A DNA stretch of 64,000 nt from Elusimicrobiota bacterium (GTDB lineage: Bacteria > Elusimicrobiota > Endomicrobiia > Endomicrobiales > JBDRNC01). The notes beneath the pieces were generated by a model, which ran no database searches, had not been told where the DNA came from, and saw only the letters and a program-made list of their open reading frames with translations. The first letter of the stretch is position 1, and the number at the start of each line of letters is the position of its first letter. Made by a program: the position numbers and the translations under genes. Shown piece after piece: positions 1 to 15,000 of this stretch. The stretch covers positions 1 to 64,000 of the forward strand of contig JBDRNC010000028.1 in assembly GCA_043811535.1 (NCBI GenBank). Reading direction: 5' to 3'.

Positions 1-3000
1 TCATTGCCCGCGCCGTCAATCGTCCACGGATACAGGTAATACGTCGTGCCCGTGACGAACTTCGTGCTGGGAGGAGGCATGATGTCCGGATTCTTCGGGA
101 ACGTCCAGTCCGTAGTGCCGTTCGTCAGCAGCCAGTAGATGATATTAGAGGAACCCCAATCGGATCCCATCCAGTACCTGTTCGGAGCGAACCATCTTAT
201 CGCCAGTTTCGTCGTGACTATGCCGCCGGTCGCGTCAAACGCCGTTCCGGATATCGTCGTCAATGACGAGTAATACGTCGTGCCGCTCAACGGAAGCGTC
301 ACGATAGACGTGGATTTCGTAGCGTCGTACGCGAAGACGAATGACGATACCGCGACCTGCCAGTTGCCGGCCTTGTCGGTCGCCGAAGAGAATATTACAT
401 ACGTCGTGTCGCTCTGCCAGTCGGGCAGGTTCCACGTATGCGTCCAGTTGTTCTGCGCGCTGGTTCCGCCCGTGTCTACTTTCGTCCAGGAGGTGTTGGT
501 CAGCGCGAATGACTTATCGCTCCACCTGAACCAGTTGCCGCTCTCAAGTTTCACGGCGACATATGCCGCGCTCAGGTCGGATTTGTACGTTTTCGGGTCG
601 GTGGCCGTTCCTTCTATTGTCGTATAATATGTTTTCTCATACCTGCTGGAAGGCGTTGTTACTCCCGTGAGAGGGGGAGTCGTGTCGTAAGTTATAGTAT
701 ATGTCGTCTGTCCGGAAGTATTGCCCGCGTTGTCGAAGGCCTCGGCCGTGACGTCGTATTCTGTGTCGTCCTGCCAGCCCGGTATCTGATTGTTCTCCAG
801 CGTGTCCGGATACTGCCACGCGCCGGTCAGGTAATACGTCGGAACCCATGTTGTCTGCCCTACCAGCCATTGCGAGCCGTTCCAGTAAGACGTGCCGTGC
901 TTGACCTGCAGGCGCACCCTGTTGATGTCGGATTTTTCCCACGGTGGGGCGGGATAGTCGTCAGCGCCGCCGTAGATGCTTGTCAATTGAGTGGTCTCCG
1001 AGCCGTAATATCCTTCGTTTGCCGGTGCAGTTATGGTCAGCTGCGGCGGCGTCGTGTCGTATGTTATCACAAAACCGTTTTGCGGGAATTGTGAATCCTG
1101 GTCGAGACCCGTCGGCTTCGAGAGATCAACGGCTTTTGAGCGTATCCTGTACTGCTTGCCTGTTTGCCACGGCAGGCTTGTCGGCACGGAGAATACAAAT
1201 GTCCACGTTGACTTGCCGGCGTCCAGATTCGTCGTGTTCCAGTATTCAGAATCAACCCACGTGTGCGTCCCGTCGTCCCAGTACGTCGTGCCGCGCGCGA
1301 TGTCACGTATGGATACCCTGGCGTAATCAATGCCCGCCGTCGTCGCTCCGCCGAACGGCGAAACGTCAACGGTAGTGCCCGATATGGTAAGCAGAGACGT
1401 GTAGCTGCCCCCGCCGGCCGGAAGCGTGACGGTTGAAGTCGGCGCCATGACGTCCCAGTAGAACGTGTTCGTGTTGACGCCGACCGTGAACTCCGTGGTC
1501 GTATTGCCGGCGTAGTCTATGCCGCGGCTGGATACCTTATAAGTTTTTCCGCTGTCATAAGTGATGCCGGGAGGCGCTCCGTACGTCCACGTGGACTGGG
1601 CGAGATTGCCGCCGGTGTAGCTGAACCAGTCGCTGCCGGTCCTCGCGCCCCATGCGCCGCCTCTCCACACCAGATTGCCCGTAATGTCCTCTAACATGAC
1701 CTGCACGTTCGCGGGACCGGTGAAATCGTCCGTTACCGTGCCGGTAATCTTTGCCAGTGTATTGTAAATAACTGTATTCGCCGGTATACCTATCCTTGTT
1801 GAAGGCGGATCGGTGTCCACCTGGAACGTAGTCGTTGTCCATATGACCTGCGCGTTATTGGCCTTGTCGGAGGCCGCGGTATTCAGCTCGTAGCTCTTGC
1901 CGGAGACCCAGTCATTCGGGCTTCCGAAATCGTAGCTCCACCATGTACCGCCGGCCGTAAGGTTATTGCATATCTGCCAGCTTGAATTGTTGACGAGGAA
2001 TCCATCGGGGCCGTTCCAATAATAATACGCGCCTTCGCCGGACACGAAGTAGGATATCCTTATCTGCGTCTGCTTGACATTGTTGGCGATATCGTCTACC
2101 GACGTGCCCGATATCGTGGTAAGCGCCGTAGTGTCGCGGTTGTACTGCCCGCCCTCCGAAGGCCTCACGGCATCAGATTCCGGAGGCAGTATGTCCACCG
2201 TGCAGGTTCTCGTTGAGCGCGGGCTCTCGTAGTTCGGCGTGCCGGAGACCGAATCGTTCGCTTTTACCTTTATGCGGTATTTCTTGCCGGAAATCCAGTC
2301 CGGCGCGTTAATGCGCCACTTGACCTGCGGGTTGGTCGGATAGAGATTCTCCGTTATCGTGGCCGTGCCGAGACAGACAGTCTCGGTCTGGTCCGCCGTG
2401 CCGTATTCGTTGTAATCAACCCACGTGCTGGCTGAGAAATCCCACCACTTGTCTTCCACGGAAACGGTGTCTATGTCCTGGTCCTCTTCGGAACCGTCAT
2501 CCAGCCTGACGGAGATCTTTATGCCGTTGGTCTCCACTCCCGCGTACGCCCAGCCCGCGCCTTCGTAATAATCGCGCGAAGTGCCCGATATCGTTGTAAG
2601 TATATACGGTTCAGTCGAGGTGTAACCGATGTCTTCGGCGGGACGCTGCACGTACGAGACCGGCGCGTGAGTGTCAAACCCTATAGTATAAGTGACGGAT
2701 GAGCCCGTCACGCTTATGTCGTCTTTCGCCTTTATAGAGATGTCATAGGTCTCGCCGCTTCTCCACACCGGCATATTGTTATTTGAATTGTCGTAATTGA
2801 ACGTAGGCGTGTCAACGAGCACCCCCGTAAGCGTCGCAGTGGACCAGTTCGCGGGCTCTCCGCCCCAGAAACCGCCGGCGGTAGTGTTCCAGTAGGTGCT
2901 GTCGGCGTTCCGCTTGATAAGCACGCCCGTATCCTTGATGCCGGCTCGGTAAAGCGGGGCCATCGGGTAATCCATCGCCGTGCCGCTTATGCTCGTTATG

Positions 3001-6000
3001 GTCTTATAATAGGTATCATGCGCGGGGTATACATAGGCCGCGGCCGGAGCGGATGAATCGTACTTGAAATACTCAAACATGGATGTTTGCACGTTGCCGG
3101 GCAGCGGCTTGGCGTTATCCGAGGCCCACACGGTTACTTTATACCTGTGGCCCTGCTTCCAATCGGCGTTCGGGACCGCAGTGGAATACCAGTGCGCCCA
3201 GTTGTCGTCGGTCTTGGCGGTCCACGTGGACGGGTCGGTCGCCTGCCAGTCGGCGTTCGGATTTCTCCAATACATGTTGGTTTCCGTCACTCCGGATGTA
3301 ACGTCCTGAATCACCACTTCTATCGTCTTGACGCCGGACTTGAGCGGTTTATCCGCCGAAGGCGTGACATCGGCCGCGGTGCCGGTTATCGTGGCCAGCG
3401 ACGAGTAGAACTTGTCGGTTACGGCGGGCATTATGAATGTGGAAGTCGGCGCGGTGTTGTCGTACGTGAACGTCGAGCCGTAAACGTAGTAATCCGTGAT
3501 GTTGCCCGCGGTGTCCTGAGTGTAGTTTGTTATATAGTAGGAATTCCCGGACTTCAGCTCGCCCAGTAGTCCGGAGCTGTAATATTTCCACTCGCCGTCG
3601 CCCGAGTTCACGCCGAGGTTGCTGTCGTTGACGAGCAGGTTGTTGAAACCGCCGCCGTCCCACCACTTCATGTTGGGATCGTTCTGCCTTATGCTTATCT
3701 TCCTCGCGCCCGTGCCCGAATAATTGCCCGGGAACGGAAGGTCCTGCGCCGTCCCTATTATTGAACTGATATTGACGTTCCAGTACTCTCCGTTCAGCGG
3801 CTGGGAGACCTTGATTTCGGGCGCCGCGGTATCGTAGAGGAAGTTCTTAGTGGAATAAGAGGTGCTCCAGTACCCCGATTTGTCCTGTACCTTGACTATG
3901 ATGTCATAGTACCAGCCGGGCGTCCATTTTGTGAACGTCGCCGTCCATACTTCCCACGTGCATGTGTTCGTCGCGACAAACCACGCCTCCGGGGTCTCGC
4001 CGTCTTCCTGCGCTATATTGAACGCGTCGCTTGCGCGGTTGAACCACTGCGTGTTGCCGTAGCAGTAAATCCTGACATGGACGCCGTCCACGGAACCGGA
4101 GGCTGAGCCTGCCGTGTCGCCCGCGGTGCCCGATATCGTCGGTATGGAATTATACGAACTCTGCGAGCCGGGCCTCAACAGGTTCGCCGTCGGCGGGTTG
4201 TTGTCGTACGTAAACACTATCGCCGCGTGCTGGGACTCGTTGTTCGACATGTCCAGCGCTTTCGTTTTAATAAGGTAGCTCTTGCCGTTTTCCCAGGTAG
4301 GGGTTGACGCCGTCGGGACTATCCACGTTACGGTGGATCCGTCGCCGTTGTAATCGTTCTTCACGTTTATCCAGTTAGTCGTGCCGCCGAGCCACGTGCC
4401 GTCCGTGAAGTACCATTCTTCGGTGTCAAGGCGCTGGAAGGCGACCTTGATTTCCTTGAGTTTTGAATTATTAGAATAGGTTGACAGCCAGTCGTAAGCG
4501 GTTCCTGAAACGGTCGGCAGCGTGTTCATCCAGTTTCCGCCGGGCAGCGTTATCTTTATGCGCGGAAGCGTTTCGTCCCACCTGAATGACGCCGTGGTCC
4601 ACTGCGAGAGATTGCCCGCCAGATCCAGCCCGCGCGAGTTTATATTATAAGCCCTTCCGTCCTGCCAGCCGAGGTCCGGCCAGCTCCACGGAGAAGTTCC
4701 TACGGCTATCGTCCACGTGGAGGTACCCACGGCCCAGCCGTCGCCGACTGACCAATACTCGTCGCCCGGGTCGGAGCGGTTGATGCGGAAGTAAACCTTG
4801 TCCATTTCGGAACAGATGGCCGAGCCCGTGTTCGGCTTGTCTTCGGAAGTCCCCGATATGACAGGAAGAGTGACCTGCGGCCCGCAATTCATCACGCCGG
4901 GAGAAGCAACGCTGGGTTTCTGTATCAGCGTGATAGGCGCCAGGTTGTCAAACAGGAATGTTACCGTGTCCAGGATAACATCATAGGCCATGGTCCTGTC
5001 CCGCGCGCGGGAGATTATCTGGTATCTCGTGCCGGCGGTCCACGTGGAATCGGCGATGGAGTAAGTCCAGGTCTTGGTGCCCGTGCCGACGGCCACGCTT
5101 ACGGGGCACCACGTCGAGCCGCTGACCCAGTCTTTCATATAATGGCTGAAGTACCAGTTGTCGCCGGCGGTTCCCGCTATCCTCTGGATGGAGATATCGC
5201 CGGAGTTAACGCCCGCGAGATCCGCAAGCGCCGTGCCCGATATCAGAATAAGGCTGACCTGCGTGGTGTCGTCGCCGGGTTTCTGTATCCTTGAAGAGGG
5301 CGGTGTTGTGTCGACTATGAAATCGTAGCTGTTCCAGCCGCTGTAATTTCCGGCCGGCACAGCGGCGTCGTAGCCGCGCACCTTGATATTGTACGCAAGG
5401 TCGCTCCGCAGTTTTGACTGGGCTATGGACTTGGTCCATGAAATCACGGAAGTCTGGCCGAAACTCGCCGGCGAGGGAGCGTCCGTCTGCACTATTTGCG
5501 GCGTGTCGGCGATCCAGTTGCCGCTGGCATCGTAATATTCCGTCGTGCCGTCGCCCAGGTATTTCGCCAGCTGAATCTGGACGGTCGAAGCGCCGGCGAG
5601 CGTGTCCTGGTACTGGCCCTGCAGGTTCAAGTTTGCCGGCTTGCCGTCCAGGACCGGGTTAATGTAGGCGTCGTCCGGATAACCGTTGACATACGTGACT
5701 GTCGGCGCCTGCTTGTCGGCCTTGAAATTCATTGACGACAAAGGAACGGTATAACTGAATTGTTTATTACCGGCTTTATCAAGCGCGCGCGCGGCTACGG
5801 TATACAGCACGTCGTTCTCAAGGTCGGCGTTCGGGAACGCGTATGTCCATGTCGTGTTGTTCAAGTTATACACGGTGGACGTGGACCACGACTGCGCCAC
5901 TTCCGTCGTCCAGCCCCACGCTCCGTTGGCAGGATTCATGCGGTAATAATTATCCGCGTACGTACCGTTGTTCGCTTTCAGCTGCACCTCTACGGCCTGC

Positions 6001-9000
6001 GCGCTCAGGTCCAGTTCTCCGGGAGAAAAGTCCTTCGCGGTCCCGGTTATAGACGCAAGGCTTGAAACGTACTGTGTCGTAAGCGGATATGTGACGGCGG
6101 CCGTCGGGTAGGATACGTCGTAATAGAACGTAACGGGCAGAGTGAGCGGATACGTTATCTCCCACGGCGTCGGAATGACCGAGTCAACTGCCCTGACCAT
6201 GACTTCGTAGCGCTTATTCTCTTCCCACGGATTATCCGGAAGGGCAACTTCCCATTTGTCCGTATCCGTGTCCCACGCACTCGTGGAGTTCCAGAAGCTG
6301 AATCCCGAGTTCCATCCCGTGGACTCCAGCGTCCATGAAGAATCGGAAACGCGCCAGTAATGGCTGTCTGCCGTGCGTTTTATCTGCACGCCGAGGCTTG
6401 AAATCCCCGCCGGGACGTCTTCCGCGTCGCCTGAGATAGTTGCCAGCGTCTGATAATAGTTCTTGCTCGGAGCCAGCATCGTCAGCGCCGGCTTCTGAGT
6501 GTCTATCCAGAACTCATCTATCACGTTCGGCGAGGGCGGCTCGCTGTCGGTTCCGTAGGGGTCCGGATTCCATTCCGGAACCTGCGCGTCGCTTACGGCC
6601 CTTGTCTTGACCTTGTACTTCTGATTGTGCGCGAACGTGGACTGTTCAAGCGTGAATGTCCAGCTCGGGTCTGCCTCGGAATAATTATCCAATGTCATGA
6701 AAGTGCTGTATGACACCCAGTAACCGAGCGTCGTCGTTGAAACGGTATTGTAGTATTTCGTGTCGGAAACGCGCTGGATCTGCACCATCACCGTGCGCGT
6801 CCTGCCTATGCTTCCTCCGCCCTCCGAAGCCGTGCCCCCGATGGAAGCGACCGCCTTGTAACTGGCGCCGTTGGTAAGCGTCGTTATCCTGGATTGCGGC
6901 CTCGGCGGTATTAGCTTGAATGTTTTTTCAGAGTTCAACGGCACCGTCTCGCTATTGCCGGCTTCGTCCACGGCCCTGAAGCGTATCTCGTAAAGCTCGC
7001 CGTCGTTGCCCGAGTCGGCATACCACGTTATGCCGGAAGTATTATATGTCCATACTTTTGTATCCTGGTTGTACGACTGCGCGGTAAGCCACTGCTGGCC
7101 GGCCCAGCCGTCGCTTCCGTCGGAATACGCCTCGGGCGAGATATGCTTTATTTCCACTTCCACGTGATGGACCCTGCCGGGGTCCGTGTCGGTCGCAGTG
7201 CCGCTGCTTATCGTAATCGACGTCATGTCGGGGTACTCGCCGAAAACGCCGTACGGCATGGTGCACGCGGAAACCGGCTTTGTCGTGTCAAAGATGAAGT
7301 AATTTGTCGCGCCCCATTTGAGATTATCGGCGTTGTCGTAGGAACGCGTGACTATCGTGTAAGAGGTGTTGGCCGTCCAGTATGAATCGGCGATCGTGTA
7401 AGTCCACGTGGACAACTCAAGCAGCGTCACCGCTCCGAACGACGACGTGTCCAGCGCGAAAGAAGAATCCGACCATCTCCAGTACTTGCTGTCGGTGTGG
7501 CGCAGTATGGAAATCTCGGCTTTTTTGGCCCCTGAAGGAACCGCGCCGCCGGCCGACTTTGCGGGCTCTTCCTGCGGGTCGGCAATCGTGCCCGATATCG
7601 TTGTCAGCGTGCTCTTCCATTTCGGGCTTGTCGTATCGCCGTATTCGGGCAGGGTTATGACCGAGTCCGGGCCTTCCGCGTCGTAGTAATACGTCGACGT
7701 CGACATGTCAACTTCCCAGTTGACGCCGGGCGACTGCACGTTGTCCCTGGCCTGCGAGATTACCTGGTATTTATAGCCTTTCCTCCAAAGTTCGGTTAAT
7801 GCCGTTACATCCCTCTGCCAGCCGTCTTTCGTGCCGTTAAGCGTGGTTCCGAGCCATGTATCTGGATTATCAACCCATTCGTTGACGTCACTGAAGTACG
7901 GCAGGGTGGCGCCCGAACGCTTTATCTTCATGCGCACCGCGAGCACGCCCACGCCCGATCCGTCGGTGCAGGTTCCGGTTATTGTCGTTATCGTCGTGTT
8001 GCGGTAATCCGTTGTCGAGGGCGTAAGGATTCCCGAGAACGGCGCAACACCGTCAACGCGGAAGTAGGTGGTGCTCCACTCCGACAAATTGCTCGCCGCG
8101 TCAGTGGCCCTTGCCAATACGTAATATTCGCCGCCCGGGCTGTATTTTTCGTTAGCTATCTGCGTGAATGTCCACGGGTCGGTGCCGTTGGCCACGAACC
8201 ACTGCGGCACGCCCACAGTGTCTTCAAAATCGGATCCCGTCCAGAAGTTCGTTATGCCTCTCCTGACAGCGATCATGACGTTGCCGTCGTCAACTCCCGC
8301 GGGGCCCTCGTCCTCGGCGGTGCCGGATATCGTCGGCATGGTCCTGTAACGCGTCGTGGAAGGCGCGCCGTGCTCGCCCGGCAGGTTCGTAACCACCAGC
8401 GGAGGAAGCGCGTCTATGCTTATGATTATTCCGGATTTGTCCGTCCAGGATTCCCAGAAGCCGTCCGTGACATTGGCCACCTGATCCCTCGCGATGACCT
8501 TGATCCTGTAGTTCTGGCCGTCGTCAAACGCGGGCAGCGTCGTCAGCGTCCATCTCCAGTTGGGGGCTGAGTATGAAAGCGTGTCAGTGGGACGCGACGA
8601 GAAGTCAACCTGCCACGTGCTTCCGCCGGCCCAGAATTGTCCCGCCTGCGCTCCTTCTTCTTTTTGTATGGTCACGACTACGTTCCGGGTGCTTGCCGCG
8701 ATGTCGGCTCTGTTTAGCGGCGAGATCGGGTAGTCCCTTGCCGTGCCGCTTATTGAAGAGAGCGTCTTGTAATACCTGTCGGCGACCGGCGTTATGATAT
8801 CGGATTGGGGCGGGTCGCGGTCTATAGTGAATGCTATACTGTTTGAGGCGTTGCTTTCAATATTCGCTTTGTCAACGGATTTCACTCTCATAAGATAGAC
8901 GACGCCGTTCGTCCACGTTGAAGTGGCGTAAGGCATGTAGTAATACCACGTTATGCTCTTTGAATTGAACGTCCCGGTTGAGAAGTAGAGGTCGGAACCG

Positions 9001-12000
9001 CTGTAAACCCAGTTCTGCCCGTCCCAGTACGTCGGCGCGGTGCTATATTTGATCATTAATTTCATGAAAGACACGGCCGAATCCGCGTCGGTCGCCCCTC
9101 CTGTTATAGGGTCAATCCCGTTATCACAAAGGTCCTTGTAAGCCTTGCCCGTGACGGGATAGTCCACCGAAACGCCGGGCGGCACGTTGTCAAACGTAAA
9201 ATACCTGGTCACACCGGGCGATTCTGTCTTGCCGGCGTTGTCCTGCGCGTACGCGATGATTTTATACGTCCTTCCCGATAACCACGCGGTTGAATCAACG
9301 AATTTCGCGTGCGAGTAATTCCAGTCGGTATAGCCGGCGTTTGCCGTCGTGGAACACAGGACACCGCTTGCGGGATAGCTCCAGGAGCTCCAGTACGTCT
9401 CGTACGGGTCGCCGCCCGTCCAGTAGTAGGTATCGTTATCGGTAAGGTCGATGTAGCTTATCTTTGCTCTCATCTCTTTTATATCCGAGACATAACCGCC
9501 GGATTGGTCCGTTTCGTCAACGCTTGTCCCGGTTATGGTCATAAGCGAGCTCAACACGGGCGTGCCCGCGGCAGGCGTTATCACGGTCGTCTCGGGCGTT
9601 TCATTGTCATAGATGAACGTGTTTGAATTTACGCCCACGCTGTATAGAGTGGTGGAATTGCCGGCGTTGTCCGTGCCCTTTACCCAGACGGTGTATTTTC
9701 TTCCGCTGATATACGCCACCGCGTCGGTGTACTGCCAGGTATCGGTACCGTCGGCAACCGTCCAGTAGGTATCATTCTCAAACAGCGGTTTGTTCCAGGT
9801 ATAGCCGTCGTATTGGTCCTGAATGACAAAGGTTATTCCGCCCGGGTCAACGATGCCGCTCGTGGTCCCGGTCCCATCCGTCGCCGTTCCGGTTATAGTC
9901 GGAAGCGCGTTATAGGATTTATCCTGCTCCGGATAGATGATTTGCGCGTACGGCGGCGAGGTGTCGATGTACACCGTGACCCACGAAGTCCAGCTGCTGG
10001 TGTTGCCGGAATTATCGCGCGCCCTTGACTTCATCGTATAAGTCTTGTCGCTTATCCACTGCGGAGTGTTTGTGTATCTCCACCACGTGTTAGCCGGGGT
10101 CAGGTTTGTCGTAAGGACCCACGTAGACGGGCTTGTCTGCCAGCCGTTGCCTTTCCAGTACCCGTAATCCGAATTGTAAACCTGCAGTTCTGTTTCCTTG
10201 ACGCCCGATGAGGTTATCGAATCGTCCAGCGCCGTGCCCGATATCGTCGGAAGCGACGTCAGCCACTGATTATTCGTTGGATATTTTATCCCCGACGTCG
10301 GGGGCGTGTTGTCAACCGTATACGCTATCGTTGAGCCGGGCGCTTCCGTGTTGACCGTCGAGTACTGGGCGTTGTCCGTCGCCCACGCCCTTATCACATA
10401 GGCCTTGCCCGAAGTGTATTGCTCGGAGGTTATTACGGTGCAGTACCAGTATTTCGTATTGCCTATCGTGTTATACACCGTTATAGTGGACGTGTAAAGA
10501 TCTTCCGTCCCTTTGGCCCACGAAGAACCCATCATGCTCCACCAGTAGTCATTCTCGTCGTTCGGGTTCATCGGATCTTTTTCGGGCTCGTCCATGCGTA
10601 TTGAAACCTTTATATCTTTTACTCCGAACGTCGCGTCGTATGAAGTTCCTTCTATCCTTTCAAGCGGATTGGCCGTGGAGTATGCTCCGCCTTCTGCGGG
10701 CAGAGTCACTTTTGTCACCGGAGGGATATTATCGAACGTGAAAGTTATGGAACTGGAAATATTCTGGTAATTATTGAGGTCGTCGTAAGCCCTTACACGC
10801 AGATTATAGGTTCTGCCGCTGTCCCACGCGGGCATCGTAAACCACGCGGGGCTTCCCGTCGCGAACGTCCACTGCGCGGAACCGGCGCCGGCAATCGTAT
10901 TCGTGGACCAGTGCGAGTTCTGCGACCACGACGAGCCTGTCCATGTGTAACTATTGTTGAAATCTATTATCTGGAGCGCTATTTTCTTAAGTCCCGCGTT
11001 ATAATATCCCGCCGATTGCAGCGGATATTCAAGCGCCGTGCCCGTGATCGTGCTGAGATCCTTGCACTTCAGCGCGTCGGTCGGCGCCTGGAACCACGCC
11101 GCGGGCGCGGATGAATCGAACTTGAAATATTCCAGGGCCTCGGACTGTACGTTGCCCGGAAGAGGTTTCGCGTTATCGGATGCCCACAGCGTTATCTTGT
11201 ACCTGTGGCCCTGCAGCCACTGGGCGTCTGTCACCGCGCTCGAATACCAGTGCGCCCACGCGTCTTCCGTCTTGGCCGTTATCGTTGTCACGGCGGGTTC
11301 CCACGAATCGCCGTCCCAATACTCGTTCTCCTCCGAATCCGGCACGCCCGAAGTAACGTCCTGTATCTTGAGTTCTACTGTCCTGATGCCGGACTTAAGC
11401 GGCCTGTTCGCGTTAGGCGTAATATCTTCGGACGAGCCCGTGATAGTCGGCAGAGACGAATAGACTTTGTCGGCCGCGGCGGGTATTATAAACGTTGATG
11501 TCGGCGCCGTGTTGTCGTACGTGAATGTCGAGCCGTAGGTGTACCAGTCAGTTATATTACCCGCTATATCCTGCGTGTAGGTTGTCACGTAATACGAATT
11601 GCCGGACTGCAGCACCCCGAGCAGCGTGGAGCTGTAATACTTCCATTCGCCGTTCCCCGAACCGGGCTGCACGCCGAGCGGCAGCATCGTAACGAGGGTG
11701 TTGTTGAATCCGCCGCCGTCCCACCATTTCATATCGCTGTCATTCTGCCTTATCTGCGCTTTCCTTGCGCCCGTGCCCGAGTTGTTGCCGGGGAACGGCA
11801 GGTCCTGCGCCGAACCTATTAATGAGCTGATATTGACGTTCCAGAATTCGCCGTTCAGCGGCTGTGTAACCGTAATTTCAGGCGAGACCTGATCGCAAAG
11901 GAAATACTTAGTGGAATACTCAACGCCCCACCGGCCGGACGCATCCTTGGTCTTCGCTATTACGTCATAGTACCAGCCGGGCGTCCATGTCGTAAATGTC

Positions 12001-15000
12001 GCGGTCCAGACCTCCCACGCGCAGGTATTCGTGGCGACGAACCACGCGGCGTCTGTGTCACCTTCTTCCTGCGGGATGTTGAAAGCGTCGTCGATACGGT
12101 TGTACCACTGCGTGTTGCCGTAGTTATAAACCCTTATTTTGACGGTATCTACGATTCCCGCGGCCGAGCCCGCGGTATCTTTAGCTGTCCCCGATATAGT
12201 AGGCAGACTGCTGTAGGCGTTCTGCGACGGGGCAGGCAGCGTGACTTTCACGGTAGGCGGAGTCTCGTCAAAGACGAACGTCTGGCCGGCATGCAGGGCG
12301 ATATTGCCGGACATGTCCAGCGCCCTTGCTTTGACCAGGTATTCCACGCCGTTTGACCACGAAGGCGTCGAGGCGTCGGGAACTATCCACGTGACGGTCG
12401 CGGTTTGGCCGCTATAATCATTCTTTACGTTTATCCAGTTGGTGGTGCCCGCGAGCCACGTGCCGTCCGTGTAGTACCACTCTTCGCTTCCGTCCATTTT
12501 CTCAAAAGCGACCTCTACTGTCTGCAGGCCCGATTTATAGTTTTGGGCGGAAGGCCAGTCATACGCGGTTCCGGAAACCGTCGGAAGGGTTTCCAGCCAG
12601 TGGCCGCCGGGCAGGACTATCCTTATCCTAGGCAGGGTTTCGTCCCACCTGAACTGGGCCGTGGTCCACTCGGAAAGGTTCCCCGCTTCGTCATACGCGC
12701 GGCTGTATATGGAATACTGGTACCCGTCTTCCCAGTTCGGGCTCGTGTAGTTCCAGTCCAGCGTTCCGCTGACTATGTTCCAGGAAGACTGCGCTACGAA
12801 AATACTCCCGTCATATGTCCAGCTGTCGCTGCGCTTTATCTGCACAAGCACCTGGGCGACGCCGAACGCGTCTCCGGAAGTTCCCTGTATCTGCGCGAGC
12901 GTGCTCTGCGGGCCGTAATTGCTGCCGCTCGGTACCGACACTTTGGCTACAGGCGGCGTTTTGTCATATATAAATGTAGTGGTGGCGTATTCCACGGACC
13001 AGTTATGCGACTTGTCCTTTATCCGCGCTTCTACCTGGTACGTCGTCCCGTCCACAAGGCCCGAAAGCGCCGTCCACGTCCACGACGTCTGGTATACACC
13101 GCCGGCGGGTATCGATATGAAATCATAGCTCGGAAGCACCGTCCACGATCCCGTCCACGACGATACCTTCACCTGCACCGTACCCAACCCGCTGTACGCC
13201 GCGTTGGCGCTCCCCGATACCACAGGCGTCGCGCTCAGCTTCACCCCATCCGGCGTAGGCGTCGTTATTGCCACCGTTGGCGGCGTGCTGTCGTATATTA
13301 CCGTATAGCTGTTCTGCGTCCCTTCGTTGACCAGGTCGTCTATCGCCCAGTACTGGATCTTGTACTGCTTGTCCGATATCCAGCTGATGCCTGTCGCTTC
13401 CCACTTTATCCCCGTGCCTTCATCTTCAGCCGTCGTCGCGTTGATAGAAGCGACGTCCACGCCCCATGCCGTTCCTTTCCAGTACGTGTTCGGATACGTC
13501 AGGTCCTGTATCGTTATCTTTATGTTGTTTTCATCCGCCGCTATTCCCTTGTTATACGCTTCCGTAGTGTCGGCAGATGTTCCCGAAATATTCGTCAGGT
13601 CGTTCACCGTCGTCGATCCCGGTTTTATCAGATAGCTCGCCGGCGCCTTCGTGTCAAAATAGAATACCACGCTCGATACCGCCGTAGCAAATTCGTCCTG
13701 CTGGTTATTCGCCATGTCGCGCGCTCGGCCCACCACAAGATACTTGTTCCCGCTGTTCCAGGTTATCGCGGGATCCGGGACGTATTCCCAGCTCGACGCG
13801 AATATCCTGAAATCCGACGTGAAGTTATTCGTGCTGATCCATAAGCCGCTCGTCTGCCACTGGTTGCTGCCTTTATAGTGGTAGCTCCGGTACGTGTTGT
13901 TCTGCCCGCCGAGGTCCTGTATGTCTATCTCGGCGCGGTCGTTCATAAGGTCTATCACCGTGCCCGAAAGTATGGCCAATGATTTGTAGTATATGCTGTC
14001 CGCCGGCATCTGCACCGTCGCAGTCGGTCTTGTCATGTCAAAGTAGCAGGTTACGGCCGTATTGCCCGAGCCCGCGCCTTCTACGTTGGCGGAAGGGTAA
14101 ACGTCATCCGACGCGCGCGACTTAATAGAATAGCTCTGGCCGTCAATAAAGCAGGCAGCCGCGCATGACGATACCATGGCCAGTTTCCACGTTCCGCTCT
14201 TGGCTCCGGTAAATACCGCCGGGTTCCACGATCCGGCCTCTGTCGAGACCCACGAAGAGTTATATACCCTGAAATATTCCGTACCCCTCTTTATAAGGAC
14301 TTCCACCGAGCGCATCAGCGTCACGTCGTCGGAAGCGTTTCCTGTAATGGTTGTGAGATCGTTGTAATATCCGCCGTTTACTGGTTTTATCATTGACGAC
14401 ACGGGCTCCGTTGAGTCCCAGACCATCAGTTTTGAATTTGCCGCCGGCGGGTCCAGGAGCGTCTCGTTCTCCCAGATGCCCCACGTGCTCTGCCCGCGCG
14501 ACCTTACGGTATATGAGGAAGGATACACGAATATAGCGCCCGGGGTGTGGCTCCAACTCGGCGAGGACGGCGTGACGTTCAGCCATGTCTGGTCAACCGT
14601 CCACGAGGTTGACGCGCGGAAATAATTGTCGGTCTTGCGCTGTATGCTTAGAAGAAGCAAGCGCGTTTCGCCGTTGCCGGTGCCCTGGATCGGCTGAGAA
14701 ACATTGTACGACCTGCCGTGAACGGGTGCCGTAATTACCGACGCCGCGGCCGGCGGCCTGAATATGAACGTCCTTGAAGAAATCACTGTTTCCGTGTTTG
14801 TCGCCTCGTCTTCCGCTCTCGCGTCAAGCCGGTAGCCGCCGTTATAGGTAAATTCTATGCCCGCTGTCGGGAATGTCCAGCTGCTGCTTTCGGCGTCCCA
14901 GTCCGAGGTCTGCCAGTAGTTTTCGCTCCACGATCCGTCCCACGTCACGCCGGTCCACCAGTCGCCGTTGCCCTCGATGGAATCCCCCTCCTCCGTGTTC

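Noticed and set aside
1..3. TGA at the window edge as the stop of the giant ORF
   Set aside because: It is in a different frame; the giant frame reads GAC GGC GCG GGC AAT GA- and continues
12405..13844. 479-aa plus-strand ORF and the other short ORFs in 1-27800
   Set aside because: Antisense or off-frame shadows of the giant gene; Arg/Val-rich with no recognisable motifs
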